64,000 nt of DNA, from positions 105,524,001 through 105,588,000 of the forward strand of contig OX597814.1 of the NCBI GenBank assembly GCA_951406725.2, in the 5' to 3' direction. The notes below the pieces were generated by a model. That model saw nothing but the letters and a program-made list of their open reading frames with translations, did no database searches and had not been told where the DNA came from. The stretch is from Octopus vulgaris (Eukaryota). Shown here one piece after another: positions 28,277-41,919 of this stretch (position 1 is the stretch's first letter; each line of letters opens with the position of its first letter). The position numbers were made by a program, and so were the translations under genes.

Positions 28277-29461
28277 GTACACATGCAATAAGGAATTGGT
28301 TCATGAATAGTATAGACACACACACACATTAGTACATACACATTGGTACATGTACATACTCACTGAGAATAACATACACTTAACGTGTGTGTGTGTGTGT
28401 GTGTGTGGTTGTCTATATTTCTGCTCGATTTAGCGCAAACATACACAGCATTGCTCGTCTCCTGTATGCACAGAGTTACATCAATAAACACACATTCAGA
28501 GCAATATGCATATTCACTTATACCCTTCACAAGTGTGAGTGTGTGCGTGTGTGTGTGTGTGTGAGAGAGAGAGGAGGGAGGGAGGGAGAGAGAGAGACAG
28601 ACCGGTGTGTGTGTGTGTGTGTGTGTGTGTATTCGTTGTCAACTAGACATATGACAATGCCCTGCTACATAAATAAACACACACAACAGGCGCGCACACA
28701 CACACACAGCTACACACACACGCTCACACAGATACACACACGTACACACAGGCACACACACACACACACACAGCAACACACACAGACACACACATATTCA
28801 CGACATCCTTCACAGACATGTCTGTACGAAATTTCTCTCTCTCTCTCTTTCTCTCTGTTCTTTGTTGATCCATGTCATATTGTTTTTATCTCACTAAATC
28901 TGTTGTCACCATTACCATCATCATGATGATAATCATCATCATCATCATCGTCTTCATTATCGTTGCCGTGCTAACCATCGTCACCACCACCACCACCACC
29001 ACCATCACCACCACCACTATCGTCGTCGTCGTCGTGGTGTGCCGTAGCAGTTGCGCTGGTTGACTTTCCAACATGCTGTTCGGTGAATTTATTTATTGGA
29101 TCTGTTCAATAACACCGGATCGCAATATCGGGGTCATCGATGGCTCGAGGGGAAAGAGGCGGCAAGGGGAGAGGGGGGAGGCGGCGAAGATGGTTTTTGT
29201 ACTTTAAAAGACAACATTCAAAGTGAACTGTGTATGTATGCCAGTGTATACATGTGTGTGTGTGTGTGTATGAGGATACAGTGTACATTCAAACACATAA
29301 GAGATGGCCAATGATAGGTACATTTGACACACTAGAAAGAGCAGTTAAAACTCCAAGCCACTAATTGTTGCAATTCTGAAAGGGAATGAAAAATAAAAAC
29401 AACATTTACCCTATTTTTCCTAGACAAAGAATTTTTCTATAAATATTTTTGCTACCCTAAG

Positions 29462-29508
<47 letters not shown>

Positions 29509-29786
29509 AATGTATACACCTGCATACATAAACACACACACACACTCCCTCTCCCCCTATCCCTCTCTTTCAAACTTATATATATATATGAAAGAGAGAG
29601 AATGAAAGAAAGAAGAAAGGAAGAAATGTTTACACGTGTCTCGTGCCGTATTCAAAAGACGGTTCTTGTTAATGCGCTCGTCAGTGTGTGTGTGTGTCCA
29701 TCCACTGATTCAAGTATGTGTGTGTATGTACCCCATGGCTGTGAACATGTTTTAGCAAATACACCGGTGACTGTTGCTACCTTTCC

Positions 29787-30155
29787 TCTTTTACTTGTTT
29801 CAGTCATTAGACCGTGACCATCCTGGGGCATCCCTCGAAGAAATTTTTAGTCGAATGAAATGAATTGATCCCAGTATTGGTTTTTTTTTTTTGAAAAGCC
29901 TGGTACCTATCCTATCGGTCTGTTTTGCCAAGCTGCTAAGTTACGGGGATGTAAACAAACGAACACCTGTTGTCAAACAGTGGTGGTGGGACAAACACAG
30001 GCATATGACGGTCTTCGTTCAGTTTCCGTCTACTAAAAAGGTTTTGGGTCTGCCCAAGACTATATTAGAAGACACTTGCCCAAGGTGCCACTCGGTGGGA
30101 CTGAACCTGGAGCAATGTGGTTGGGAAGCAAGCTTCTTACCACACAGCCACGCCC
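29787..30155 (-). mobile_element. SINE family A (diverged)
   Basis: Reverse complement of the consensus with deletions. Confidence 0.8.
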
Positions 30156-31002
30156 GTGTCTTTCTTTACAAATTTCCTCTACAAAATGATCCTTCGCTCT
30201 CTCTATCACTATTATTTTTATGCACATGCGCGGATGGTGGGGTGTATTCTGATTAGGGGTGGGGCGGTGTTAAGTAGAAACGAAAAATAGTCAAATAAAA
30301 AGAGGAAAGAAAAGTCCATATAATAAACTGTTGGAAAAGATGTGTGTGTGTGTGTGTGTAAATGAGTAATCTAAAACTGATATCAATGAAAACAAGCGCG
30401 CTTAACTCTGTTATTTGTGTTGTGTGTGTGTACTGGAGTTGTCTAATACGAGTATCAATGGAAACACACACACACATACATCTGTTAACTCTTGTTAGAG
30501 AGAGACTGTGAGTTGTCAACTCGACATAATAATGCGAAGAGCCTTCTTCATTCAGTGAGTTTTCGAAGTATTAAAACGATGTAACATTGTCGCATACCAA
30601 GAAGCCGGGACTTGGCTATACACACCAACCTGTTACACCAATGGACGGGAAGTCCATCCATCCATCCACCCAGCTATCCATTCACATGTTGATGTTCTGT
30701 TAAAGACAGCAGTCATCGTCAGCCAACATGTGGTTGGTGCCATTGGAAGTTTACCATTAAAGAGGCTGGCAGCTGTGAGCAAATAATATTCCAGTGAATA
30801 AATTGTTAAATTCCACGAAGAATATTATGAACTTTACATGCTGTTCCACCGTCAATTTTTTCTATAAATTATGATGATACACCCTAGGTCTTACATAAAT
30901 TTTTAGTTACATCTAATATACAGTATACTTAAATTTCATCCAATATAAATGCATCGAACATATATATATATATATATATATATCGAATATGCAACCAATA
31001 TA

Positions 31003-31549
31003 CGAGGGTGAGTCAAAAAGTAATGCTATTTTGTTTAGGACAGATATAATTACCAACACAGGAACAATTATCATACATCAAAATGAAGCTGGTCCTCTGT
31101 GGATCACATCCTACTTCTCAACATAGTCACTGTTCCTCTCAAAAGCAATGTTCCACCTTCGAATGAGAGCATGTATCCCTGCTCCGTAAAATTCTGTTGA
31201 CTGTTCTTTGAGCCACTTCTTCACTACAGTTTTCCTTGTCACTGGAATAATGTTTGCCTCTCAGACCCTCTTTCATGGGGCCGAAGAGATGATAGTCCAG
31301 TGACAAGGAAGTGAAAACTGTTGTGAAGAAGTGGCTCAAAGAACAGTCAACAGAATTTTACGGGGCAGGGATACATGCTCTCATTCGAAGGTGGAACATT
31401 GCCCATTGAGAGAAACGGTGACTATGTTGAAGAGTAGGGATGTGATCGACAGAGGACCAGTTTTATTTTGATGTATGATACATGTTCCTGTGCTGGTAAT
31501 TATATCTGTCCTAAACAAAATGGCATTACTTTTTGACACCCGCCCCCCG
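31003..31549. mobile_element. Mariner-derived foldback element (two inverted copies of the transposon 3' end)
   Basis: TA-flanked; roughly 240-bp inverted arms. Encodes transposase C-terminus DYHLFGPMKEGLRGKHY (minus) and DKEVKTVVKKWLKEQSTEFYGAGIHALIRRWNI (plus). Confidence 0.9.
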
Positions 31550-31869
31550 TAGATCTCGTATATTTACATACTATATACATCCAATATATTCATACCTACC
31601 TAATATACACGTCTAATGTATTTATATTCATGTAATATACGTATATCGATCTCAAATACTCTAATGTATTGTACACAGCGAAAATATTCATAACATCTAA
31701 TATTCTTATATTGTCATCTTATGTAATCTGTTATTCTTTTATATATTTCAAAGTTAAGGCTGTGGCTATACTGGGGCACTGCCAATACAGTTATTTCTTT
31801 TAAATATATTCGTTTTGTCTTTGTTTTTCAAACCTTTTAACCGCTTGTGTCTCTCCAGTATTTTAATTA

Positions 31870-31927
31870 AATATCTGTGACTGCTGAAGAGAACGACGAT
31901 ACAGGATTCGAAACCATGTCAGATATT
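31870..31927 (+). ncRNA. Hammerhead-like motif (partly degenerate)
   Basis: CTGAAGA-gaa...ttc-GAAA-ccatg-TC-agatatt, with aatatct upstream able to pair distally. Confidence 0.45.
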
Positions 31928-32209
31928 CCCCCTACCCCCGTCCCCACAACGTTTCTTCTGTGCAGAGAGGAGATAGCTATTTGTTTAAATCTCAGAGCAC
32001 TCTAAAAAGAATCCAACTCCCTTAAACCGCTAAATATCAAAGACTCTATATTATAAAACCGTTGGGAGAGTTGCTGTTTCAGTGGCCGAGAGGACAAGAG
32101 CAATACAAGATTTCGTTTACGCCTAAAGACCCCAGTTCGAATATAGTACGGTACCTCTCCAGTAAATAAAACACCTCATGACAATCGAAATCTTGGGTAG
32201 ATATTGGAT

Positions 32210-32415
32210 TCAAATTTCAGCACGAGGCCGGCAAGTTCGGAGGAGAGTGTAAGCCCATCATACCGATTCCAGTGCTCGACTGGTACTTAATTTGTCGACC
32301 CCGAAAGGATGAAAGGCAAAGTCGACCTCGCCGGAATTTTAGATCTGGACGTAAAGACGGGTGAAATGCTCAGCGACTTTTCACCCGCCGTGCTAACGAT
32401 TCTGCCAGCTCGCTG
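32210..32415 (-). mobile_element. SINE family B
   Basis: Family B core; further partial copies near 11910-12175, 17065-17200, 20345-20460, 20765-20950, 42585-42735 and 58940-59045. Confidence 0.8.
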
Positions 32416-33576
32416 TCTTGGTGTAGGTAGGAATATTGATTGATTGATGTATTAAGACGTTTTATCATCTTCAGTTAATAATAGAAGAAAGTTATTATAA
32501 TATTCCTGCAGCATTTTGTGTGGTTATTGGCGTTAGGTGAAGAAGCAACGAGATGGAACAGACAGCTTTATGTTAGAGTAAACTGCCTTGTATAAATATT
32601 CTAACCGTGTGTCACTTCTGGGTATTAGTTAGAATACTTATAGATAACATAGAGGTGGCTGTTTGTTCTAGGTCGGTGCTTCATAAAATAAACGATCTGC
32701 AGAAAATACTGCAGTAAAATTATAATTTTTTGGTGACTTTTCAGTTTACATCATCTGACATTTTTCAATTTCGTGTATGTGTGCGCACACACATAAAATT
32801 GAAGACACACACACACACTCTATTTAGATGTCTATATTTCTTGCTTGCATGAGTTGGATGGTTTGAGAGAATCCGATGGGCCCAAGGACCGCATCATGCT
32901 TCTATTGTCTGCTTTCGCATGGTTTCTACGGTGGGGATGCCCTTCCTAATGCCAATCACTTCACAGTGTATATACTTAGTGCTATTTTTCGTGGCATTGG
33001 CACGAGTGAGAATGCCATGATGCTTGCAGATCTATAATTCTTTCGAGGGGGAGGGGCTTTATGCTAAGTGATGAGGGGTTAAAGTAGCAGAGAAGAGGCC
33101 TGAGCAGAAGAGATATCTGGCTGTCGACAAGAATTAAGGTGATTAAGGTAGAAGGGATAAAAATGGTGAAGAGGCGAGTAGGTGGACCCCACCATCCCAA
33201 GATACGAGGTGAGTTGAAGGGAGTGGGGATAGAAGAAGTAAAAGTGTGGATGGGCGGGGGTTGCACAAGTGTTTGGAGGTAGGTGGGTGAGAGATAGGGA
33301 ACAGGGGAGGTAGGCGAAAACTGTAGGATTGAAGAAGGGTTGATGTGGTGAATAGTTGATGAAGGGGGTGAGGGGTGACTAATGATACGTGAGTTGGGTG
33401 GTGGGGAGGGGATGAGAGACTACAAAAAAAAAGGGAGATTGTTCTGCGCTGTCCCAAATAATGTTTGTATATGGGTGTCTTCATTATTCAATGAGTTTTG
33501 TGATACTTGATGCCTTTATTATGCAATCCACCCTGGTCTATTCGGCCATGTTTTAGAAGGCAGTATAACCTATTGC

Positions 33577-33811
33577 AAGGTGGTGAGCTGGCAGAAACGT
33601 TAGCATGCCGGACGAAATGCTTTGTGGTATTTCGTCTGCCGCTACTTTCTGAGTTCAAATTCCGCCGAGGTCGACTTTGCCTTTCATCCTTTAGGGGTCG
33701 ATTAAATAAGTACCAGTTACGCACTGGGGTCCATATAATCGACTTAATCCGTTTGTCTGTCCTTGTTTGTCCTCTCTGTGTTTAGCCCCCTTGTGGGTAG
33801 TAAAGAAATAG
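33577..33811 (+). mobile_element. SINE family B, full length with 14-bp TSD
   Basis: Head GGTGAGCTGGCAGAAACGTTAGC, B box GAGTTCAAATTCC, core GTCGACTTTGCCTTTCATCCTTT; TSD GTATAACCTATTGC at 33563-33576 and 33812-33825. Confidence 0.92.
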
Positions 33812-34829
33812 GTATAACCTATTGCTCTGTTTATATCAGCAGTCGTCATCAGCCGGCCTGCTACCCTAGCTTCGAAATTTCACCGAAGATCGCAGACGTA
33901 AAACTCGAAGTGACGGTTAATGAAGTCTCCAGCTTGGAGTGAAATAGGATAAAACTGTAATAACCATATTGAGTTCCTTTTGTTTCCTCCTTCGTGCTAT
34001 TCTTTGTGGCATAACACTCCCATTTAGCTAAAGATTGTTTTTTAAAGCATGAAATTACTTGTAAAATGTTAAATTGTAAAAATATAAAAGTAAATTCGAA
34101 CCATGTTGCGAATTTTAGATTTTATTTTTCGTGTTTTCACAATTTTATATTTCTGTAATAGACAAGTGGATGAGCCCTTGCCTTTAATATAATAAAAGGG
34201 TTAAATACTTATAAAATAAGAATCGGGTTGAACATTTGTATGAAAAACAAATCATATAAGGTCCATCTCGATGGGGTCAGAACGCCTAACAACTTTGGCC
34301 TTTAGTCTTGTCTTGCACTCCGTTTAGGTCATTTATAGTGTATTGCTCTGAAAGTGGCCTATGAGAAGTTAAACAGTCGAAATAAAGAAGAAGGGTCCCG
34401 TGTGTTTATGATTTAAATATAGCATTTCGTATCCATGAACAATTTACTCTGACCAACAACCTTCCTCTATGTTCCACACTATTAGATACTATTTTTTTGG
34501 TAATTTATTCTCCCATTTTGTTGACCAAAATCTTCTTGTAAATTGTTTACATCGTCCATTAAAGCTTTTTTTCCATAATGAAGTCTTGTAAAATCGGTTT
34601 TGTTGGGCCTTAATATGGACTTCTCAGTTGTATTTCTTTTAAGTTTATTTTTCTTCTGGGTGTAGGTGGATTGGTTCTATCGTCTTTGCCATGGTTTCTC
34701 TATCAATTAGTTTTTCATTTTGTTGCTCCATCTTCTCATACCCATCACAAGGCGATTGGATGTTATTCTTAGCAGGGGAAGCTTTCTGAGTATCAGTCTC
34801 TTATTTACCAGTCTCTGGAACTGACTACG

Positions 34830-35350
34830 AGATGTGTGTTTTTACCATCCTTAGAGTTATTTGTTGTGTGCGACTTGTGGTATTGTTGAGGCAGCAGCCT
34901 GCAACACTTGATGCTGCTGCTGTCCATCCTTCTTTTGAGTTTTTTGCCTTCTTTATAAGCTTCTCGGGACAAGAAGCTCTCAAGTGGCCTTTGCTGCCAC
35001 AAGTGTTAAAACTGGACCTCCACACTCAGTCGTATTGTCCTTGATTCAGTACCAACAACAGGCTGCCACTCTAGAATGACCTTGTGGTCTTCTGGTTTCA
35101 TTAGGATTTGCTAATCTATGCTGACTTCTTTGGATTATCCCATGTACGCTTGTCATTCACTCGTCCATATTGCATTACAAAACTGACATCTTGTTACACG
35201 CCATTCTCTTGTTCTAGGCTGTTTCATTCCCTGGGGGAAATGGAACTCCTGAGCAGGCGTTTCGCGTACAGTCTCTGCATGTTTCTGATCCTCTTCTTCA
35301 CTCCTACGATCCGAGATAATTTGCTAAAGCACCCCCCCTACCTCAACTGG
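34830..35350 (-). mobile_element. Degenerate LINE ORF1 fragment with zinc knuckle
   Basis: Minus strand ...TCGSKGHLRASCPEK (CCHC-knuckle remnant), frameshifted; boundaries approximate. Confidence 0.45.
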
Positions 35351-35659
35351 TCTCAGGGGATAGTTTCCACTTAAACTTCTTTTCAATCTGGCAGCGAAAG
35401 AGAAGTCTTTATGGACACAATTTTACCACTCTTCTCTTTAGAACTGCGCCATTTCCTCTTCCATAATCAGGGATTAAATGTTGAAGTTAATTCGAGCAAA
35501 ATTGGCCAAGAGGATTCCAATCAGTCTTGTCTCACTCAGCAAAACTTGTGTCTGTGTTGTTTTCGTTGTTGTTGTTCTTGTTGTTAGGGCAACACAATTT
35601 CAGGCTTCCCATGTCTGAGAAATGTCTGATTACATTGCAAAATTATTTATGTACTCTGT

Positions 35660-36055
35660 ACTCTTTAACTTGTTTCAATCATTTGACTGTGACCATGCTG
35701 GAGCACCGCCTTTAGTCGAGCACATTGACCCCAGACTTATTCTTTGTAAGCCTAGTACTTATTCTATCGGTCTCTTGTGCCGAACCGCTAAGTTACAGGG
35801 TCGTAAACACGCCAGTATCGGTTGTCAAGCGATGTTGGAGGGACAAGCACACACACACAAACATATACACGCACATACATATACATATATACGACGGGCT
35901 TCTTTCAGTTCCTGTCTACCAAATCCACTCACAAGGCTTTGGTTGGCCAGAGGCTATAGTAAAAGACACTTGCCCAAGGTGCTACGCAGTGGGACTGAAC
36001 CCGGAACCATGTAGTTCGTAAGCAAGATACTTACTACACAGCCACTCCTACGCCT
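35660..36055 (-). mobile_element. SINE family A, full length
   Basis: Tail through head (..CACAGCCACTCCTACGCC). Confidence 0.88.
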
Positions 36056-36799
36056 ATGTCTTGACTCTTTTGAAATGTTTTTTTTTGTTTTGTTTGGTAG
36101 GGAGTGGTAGCATTACTCTCTTCACTTGGCATCGTTATGAATCAGATGAAACAAAAAAAAAAGAAAAGAAAAGAAAATGAAAGCATACTAAAATGTTCAA
36201 ATAAATTCAATTAAAGTCCTTTTTGTTGGGGAAGAACAATATAATGAAATATAGTTGTGAAACAGTTACTGCACGCAAATGAATGAACCCATTGTGTTGT
36301 AAAATATTGATCAAGGTACCTGGAATTATGGTGTTTAATCCAGACACCGGGAATAAGGTGTTGACATCCAGCGATGTCCAGCTTGAATCAAAAAGAATAA
36401 AATATGATCGACAGAGATTTTCAAAACAGAGTGAGAAGTGAGTGAAAAAGAAAAAAAAACACTACTTTTATAGAAAGGCATTAATTAAACAGATAAAAAA
36501 TATCTGAATTATGAACATTCTGAGAAAAACGAAAGGACTAGCCAACAGCAAGGTAGGGAAAATGTCTGCATTTGCAGAAAAATTTAATTCCCCGTTTTTT
36601 TTTTTTAATAAAATAAAAAATGACGATTCATGCTGAATAGACTCCGGCTAATTCGAACGTGTATATGCTAATCGCTGTCGTAGTTTGTCGTCGGGGAATA
36701 ATTTTTTCCATCAGACAATGCGTGTTCACAATACCTTTGATTTATTGGTGTAAGGAGTCTTTGACACACCGTGATGTTTCGAATATATTTCGTTGTACC

Positions 36800-37080
36800 A
36801 CCCCTCCCGACTCACGCACTGATCACCCCCTTCGGTTTCTCTTCCCCGTGTATTCGACTCTATAACCTTAATGTTATCCACATATGCGCACACGATTCCC
36901 TTGTGTCCCATTTTTGTGCGGGACACCCCTCAACGACCCCAACGTCTGCAGCGAAGTCTTCAGCGCCAAGATATATGGGAGAGACGAGAGACGGGGTCTC
37001 TCTTGGTGGATAGAACATGTGTTGCAAAACAGTTCCGATGGGTGACCATGTATTTTATCCCATAATCATTATTGCATCCA
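36800..37080 (-). mobile_element. Degenerate Tx1/L1-type reverse transcriptase fragment
   Basis: Minus strand HQERPRLSSLPYILALKT (cf. RQGCPLSPLLYxLALEP) followed by VCAYVDNIKVI (cf. SAYADDV). Confidence 0.6.
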
Positions 37081-37289
37081 TCCATCGAGAACGTGCCCGA
37101 AACTATCTGGCTCTTAGTAAAACCATCAAGGGGCAATGATAAACCCATCGTACGCTTTAAACCTTTTTTGATGAGAACCTCACTGAAGTGCCGCATGAGG
37201 TGGAGGTTACCTTGGACAGATGTAGAGCAAGAACACACATGTCACCGTGAAAATTGCCTGAATAATAATAGTAGGTCATAAAGTTGTAT

Positions 37290-37591
37290 TGTTTGTTCCC
37301 TCTCGAGCCATGCCTGGCTCATAAGAGCCGGTTTCCCAGTTTCCTTGGCGTATAGGTTCCCCACCTGGACCGGACGCCGGTCCGTCGCAGGTGAGCTGCA
37401 AAATGCAGGAGGAAAGAGTGAGAGAAAGTTGTGGCGAAAGAGTCAGCAAGAGTTCGCCATTACATTCTGCCGGAGCCGCGTGGAGCTTAGGTATTTTGCT
37501 CATAAACACACACATCGCCCGGTCTGAGATTCGAACCCTCGATCCCTCGACCGCGAGTCCACTGTTCTAACCACTAGGCCATGTGCCTCCA
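37290..37591 (-). mobile_element. SINE family C (tRNA-like head), full length with 13-bp TSD
   Basis: Head GGAGGCACATGGCCTAGTGGTTAGAACAGTGGACTCGCGG..GGTTCGAATCTC; TSD CATAAAGTTGTAT at 37277-37289 and 37592-37604. Confidence 0.9.
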
Positions 37592-38173
37592 CATAAAGTT
37601 GTATAGTTTAGTGAATATATCTCAGTTTATTACTGGTAGCTATATGTCATGCTGAAATTAAACATTGGAGGAGCCCCTGCGGGATTAGTCAATGTGCTAG
37701 AAATCAGCTACGTTTCATACTGTATTGCAAGGACACGGTGGACGATGCAAGTTTTCGATACCTCTTAAACGATGGGATGGCCACGACTGACTTACCTTTG
37801 ATCAGTAACCTGTTAGACTAGAACTGACTTGAAGCTAAGAGAAACAGTTACAACACTATCGATCTTAGATCAGTATTTAACCCGGTGCTCTCTCATTTCT
37901 GCCGTTCCGATGGTTTGTGTCCCTTCTACATATAAACATTACATTGCAAACACTGACACACACGTATCACACACACACACACACACACTTCGTACAGACG
38001 CACGCCCACGTGCTTTGTATACACACATGCACACGCATTTTACTATGGCAACGTTCCCAGAGTGAAAGAAGAAAACACTGGAAAGTAGGCGCATGCGTGT
38101 GCATGCAGATGTGTGCATGTGCGTGTGTGCATTTGTGAAAGTGAATCCGTAAGCGTATACATGTGTGTTGTGT

Positions 38174-38205
<32 letters not shown>

Positions 38206-38401
38206 TACGGTATACGTCTTGTGTGTGTGAGTGTGTGTGTCCTCTTTACAACTTGCCAATTCAGACAAACCAACTGAACAACGAATTCCTTCTCTCTCTC
38301 TCTCCTTTCTTCGCTCTCCTTTTTTCGCCCTCCTTTCTTCGCTCTTTCCTTTTATTCACACTGCTTTCACTTTTATCGAACATGTTTGTCTCTCCTTCTC
38401 C

Positions 38402-38446
<45 letters not shown>

Positions 38447-38709
38447 AGAACTCCTTTAAGCCGGTCCAGTTGCCTGTAACCCTGATGTTACGGTGTGCAG
38501 CCGTTTCCAGAAGCGAGACTGGAAAACACCAAAGGAACAAACCACTTGACCGGCTCTCGGACATCAATGTGCACTATATTCTTCGTATTGAGTACTTCTT
38601 TCTCAACAACCCACGGATATCTGTCAATCCATTTGTCTCTGCCTTCCTCCGTTACTATACTCTACTGACGCACTCTACTCTGACTACCATTTCATTTATG
38701 CTTATTTTT

Positions 38710-39237
38710 GTGGCTTGTGTGGCGAGAAGCTTGCTTCCCAATCACTTGGGCAAGTATCATCTACTATAACCATGGGTTCACGAAAGCCTTGGGAGTGGAT
38801 CTGGTAAACGGAAATTGAATATATATGTATATATATAATAAAACTTACTTGGAAAGGATGCGTGGCATTCGATTATATAATATGTATATATATGCATATA
38901 TACATACATATGTGTATATACCTTCATATATATGTATATATACATGCTTATATGGGTACAGGACGTCAAAAAAACGTGAACAACATGAAAAACGAGAACA
39001 GGAAAGACAAAAACATAGAAAACGGACTTTTTTCGAACAACGAAAGAAACAAATAGGGAAGCGAGACAGGCAACATAAAGAACAATCCCTTCATCAGTTG
39101 TCCCCTGTTTTGTCTACTCAGTGTGGGACTAGACGTGACTTCGTTAAAACAGTCGTTCCCGCAAAGCAAATTAAATAAGATTTGTGATTTGCGGAGGGTT
39201 AAAGTGGTAACAAAAACAGAGCAGTAAGAACAAATGG

Positions 39238-39269
<32 letters not shown>

Positions 39270-39520
39270 CGTACGTATGTATGTATGTATGCATGCATGT
39301 ATACGTGTATTTGTCTTTGTGTGTGAGGTTGTTCCCCACCACCGATTGACAACAAGCGTTCGTGTATTTACATCTCTGTAACTTAGTGGTTCGGCAAAAG
39401 AAACCGACAGAATAAATACCAGGCTTAAACTAAAGCAAATAGTTTGTCAATTCATTCGACTAAAAGTTTTTGAAGGTGGTGCCCCAGCATGGCCGCAGTC
39501 TACTGACTGAAACAAGTCAA
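38710..39520 (+). mobile_element. SINE family A interrupted by a Penelope-like terminal fragment (about 38945-39235)
   Basis: Head 38710-38820, 3' half 39300-39520; the insert is homologous to 50860-51145 (inverted) and 59815-59925. Confidence 0.7.
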
Positions 39521-40256
39521 GCAATTTTTTTTAAGGATTTAGCGTATCCCTCTTTTCTAGGATGCCGTTTTGGGGAACTTTGGTCGCTCTTTCTTGGTGG
39601 ACAAGACACCGCATGGACGGCCCTTTCTTATATGTAGCTCGTAAGAAACCAGTCAACACGTTTCCACCGTGTGTATATGTTTTATAAAGGTGTGCGTCTG
39701 TGTGTAAGCAAGCAAGCATGGCGCTTATCTCATAGAAAGGTTCTTAGTTTTTTTCCAACTCCCTCACCGAGTTTTACACCAAGTTTACACCAATAAATTA
39801 CAAGGATTTTCAGATAATGTTGCTAGGAAACAGTAGCATACTAGCGGTTATTTTCTGCAAAGCCACATTACGCACACACACACACCACACCATTCATACA
39901 TATAGTCGACAGACGAAGGCAAATCTAGCTGCACCTTTTTAGCTAATTTAAATGTGATATTTAATAACCGAGCGGGAAGGAAGACTCGACAAGTAGTCAG
40001 TGCTACGACTTAGTTTATATGAATAAAACAAACGGGAACTGTGCCTTAAATATACCATAAATGCAATACTTGAGACATTTACCACAAGTTCCCTCGCGGA
40101 ACACCTAGAAGTTTAGGTGACCATTCATCTTATCAGCCGTTGAGGAATCAAAGATTACGTAATATACGTAGCAGCTGTTGACATCATTAGTGGTATTTAT
40201 GAGTAGTATATACCTGTATGTAAATATGCTCATGCATACATATATATGCATATACT

Positions 40257-40334
<78 letters not shown>

Positions 40335-40342
40335 CATACATA

Positions 40343-40467
40343 CAGGGTGATTCAAAAGTCGCCATACACAAGAATAATGTATTCTTTTATAACAAACATT
40401 TTTTTTTATTTAACTGTTTCTTATATAAAAATAAATTTTTCCTATGTATGGTGACTTTTGAATTACC

Positions 40468-40470
<3 letters not shown>
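40343..40470. mobile_element. 128-bp Tc1/mariner-type MITE
   Basis: TIR CAGGGTGATTCAAAAGTCGCCATACA / TGTATGGTGACTTTTGAATTACCCTG, TA on both sides. Confidence 0.85.
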
Positions 40471-40508
<38 letters not shown>

Positions 40509-40512
<4 letters not shown>

Positions 40513-40620
40513 CCTGCTCGCTTAGCCAGCGGGGTGGCGTCATTCGAAGGCTAAAACAATGCGAACGCATTGTGACCAGCGATGTGTAACAACATCTGAT
40601 GGTCTGGTCGGTCACGTGAT
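40509..40620 (+). repeat. 112-bp interspersed element inside (TA)n
   Basis: Identical to the reverse complement of 48497-48608; a diverged third copy lies at about 4212-4312. Ends in CACGTGAT. Confidence 0.9.
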
Positions 40621-41919
40621 ATATATATATAATCGGGGGTGCGTTGTGATCTTTCTGGCTGGGGAAGCAATGACCAAAATTTTATCTCACATAGATATTT
40701 GAATCAAATTGATATGTTCACATATCAGCTATTTAAAAATTTTTTTTAAAATCACATTTTATATTTTGGGTGTCCTGTAATTTGAAAAAGTATAGAATAT
40801 TATTAGTTGAATAAACACAGAAAGCTACGCCCGTGTTACCTTTACACCGTTTTTCTAATGGAAGCAGGATATCAACTTGCTTCCCCTTTCCTATGTAAGT
40901 GTTACATAACAACGTAGGATTATACATGTCATAGGTATATAATATATCATAGGTACTGCGAATTGACAGAAACTTAATCTAAGCATATAAGCATTTATTA
41001 GCATCTAAAACTATTTGTTATTAGCCCTTACTAGAAAAAAATTGTCTTCGTGACATTTTTATCGGAAAAACGTTAAAATATTACACCGAGAAGGATGCAA
41101 CAGTACGTGTTGCTTCCCTTGCGCTGATTTTTTTGTGTCGTCTACACTGCATGTCGTCTCATGCTAATTCCGACAGTAAATATCTGAAGCCTATGATGTC
41201 ATGTAGCTTATATTAATTTTACAGAACATCAGAAGAACGATCTGATGAAAAATAAGCAATATAGTTTCAATTTTGTTTCTATAATTTGTAAGCGAAACAT
41301 TGCTTCCCTTATTTTCAAGGACCGCGCACCTATTATATATGTATATATGCACATACGCGCGCGCGCATGAGTACAAACAGGTATATATGCAACAAAACTA
41401 CCATAAACTAGAAAAACTTAAACAAGTATTATCCTTACCAGTGTTAGAATTCTTACGAAAGCCTAGCATGCTATGTCAAAGTATTGTACACTATAAACAA
41501 CGGCAACGACCACCATAAAGAACCCCTAAAGAGGTTCAACCCTATGAGGACTAGCATTTCAGTGAAGGGCAACTTAGAACCACTAGAACACAAGATACAA
41601 AAGGCTCATGCACAACAAACACATGACATGTATACACCCATCATCAGCTGCCTAACTGATGTCATTATGGTTTCGACACCTGGTCAATACCATTCAGTTC
41701 GGCGATATGAGTAGCTCTAAAAGCATAAACACTGTCTGAAAATTTATAAAGTTATGCACATACACACACAATGTATGTATGTATATATATAGTGACACAG
41801 GGTGAATTGAAAATCTCTTTGTCTCTTTTCTTGTTTTCGATAGGGGTTGCAGCCATACTGGGGCTCTACTTTTAGTGTGATTACTAGTTTATTTCGAACT
41901 CGCTTCTCCAGATTTGGTT

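Noticed and set aside
29073-29314. Alternative coding first exon
   Set aside because: ATG-initiated frames stop before any good donor; the listed ORF starts at TTG and has no phase-0 donor.
37510-37591. tRNA-like sequence
   Set aside because: It is the head of a SINE bounded by a 13-bp TSD; the acceptor stem is not intact.
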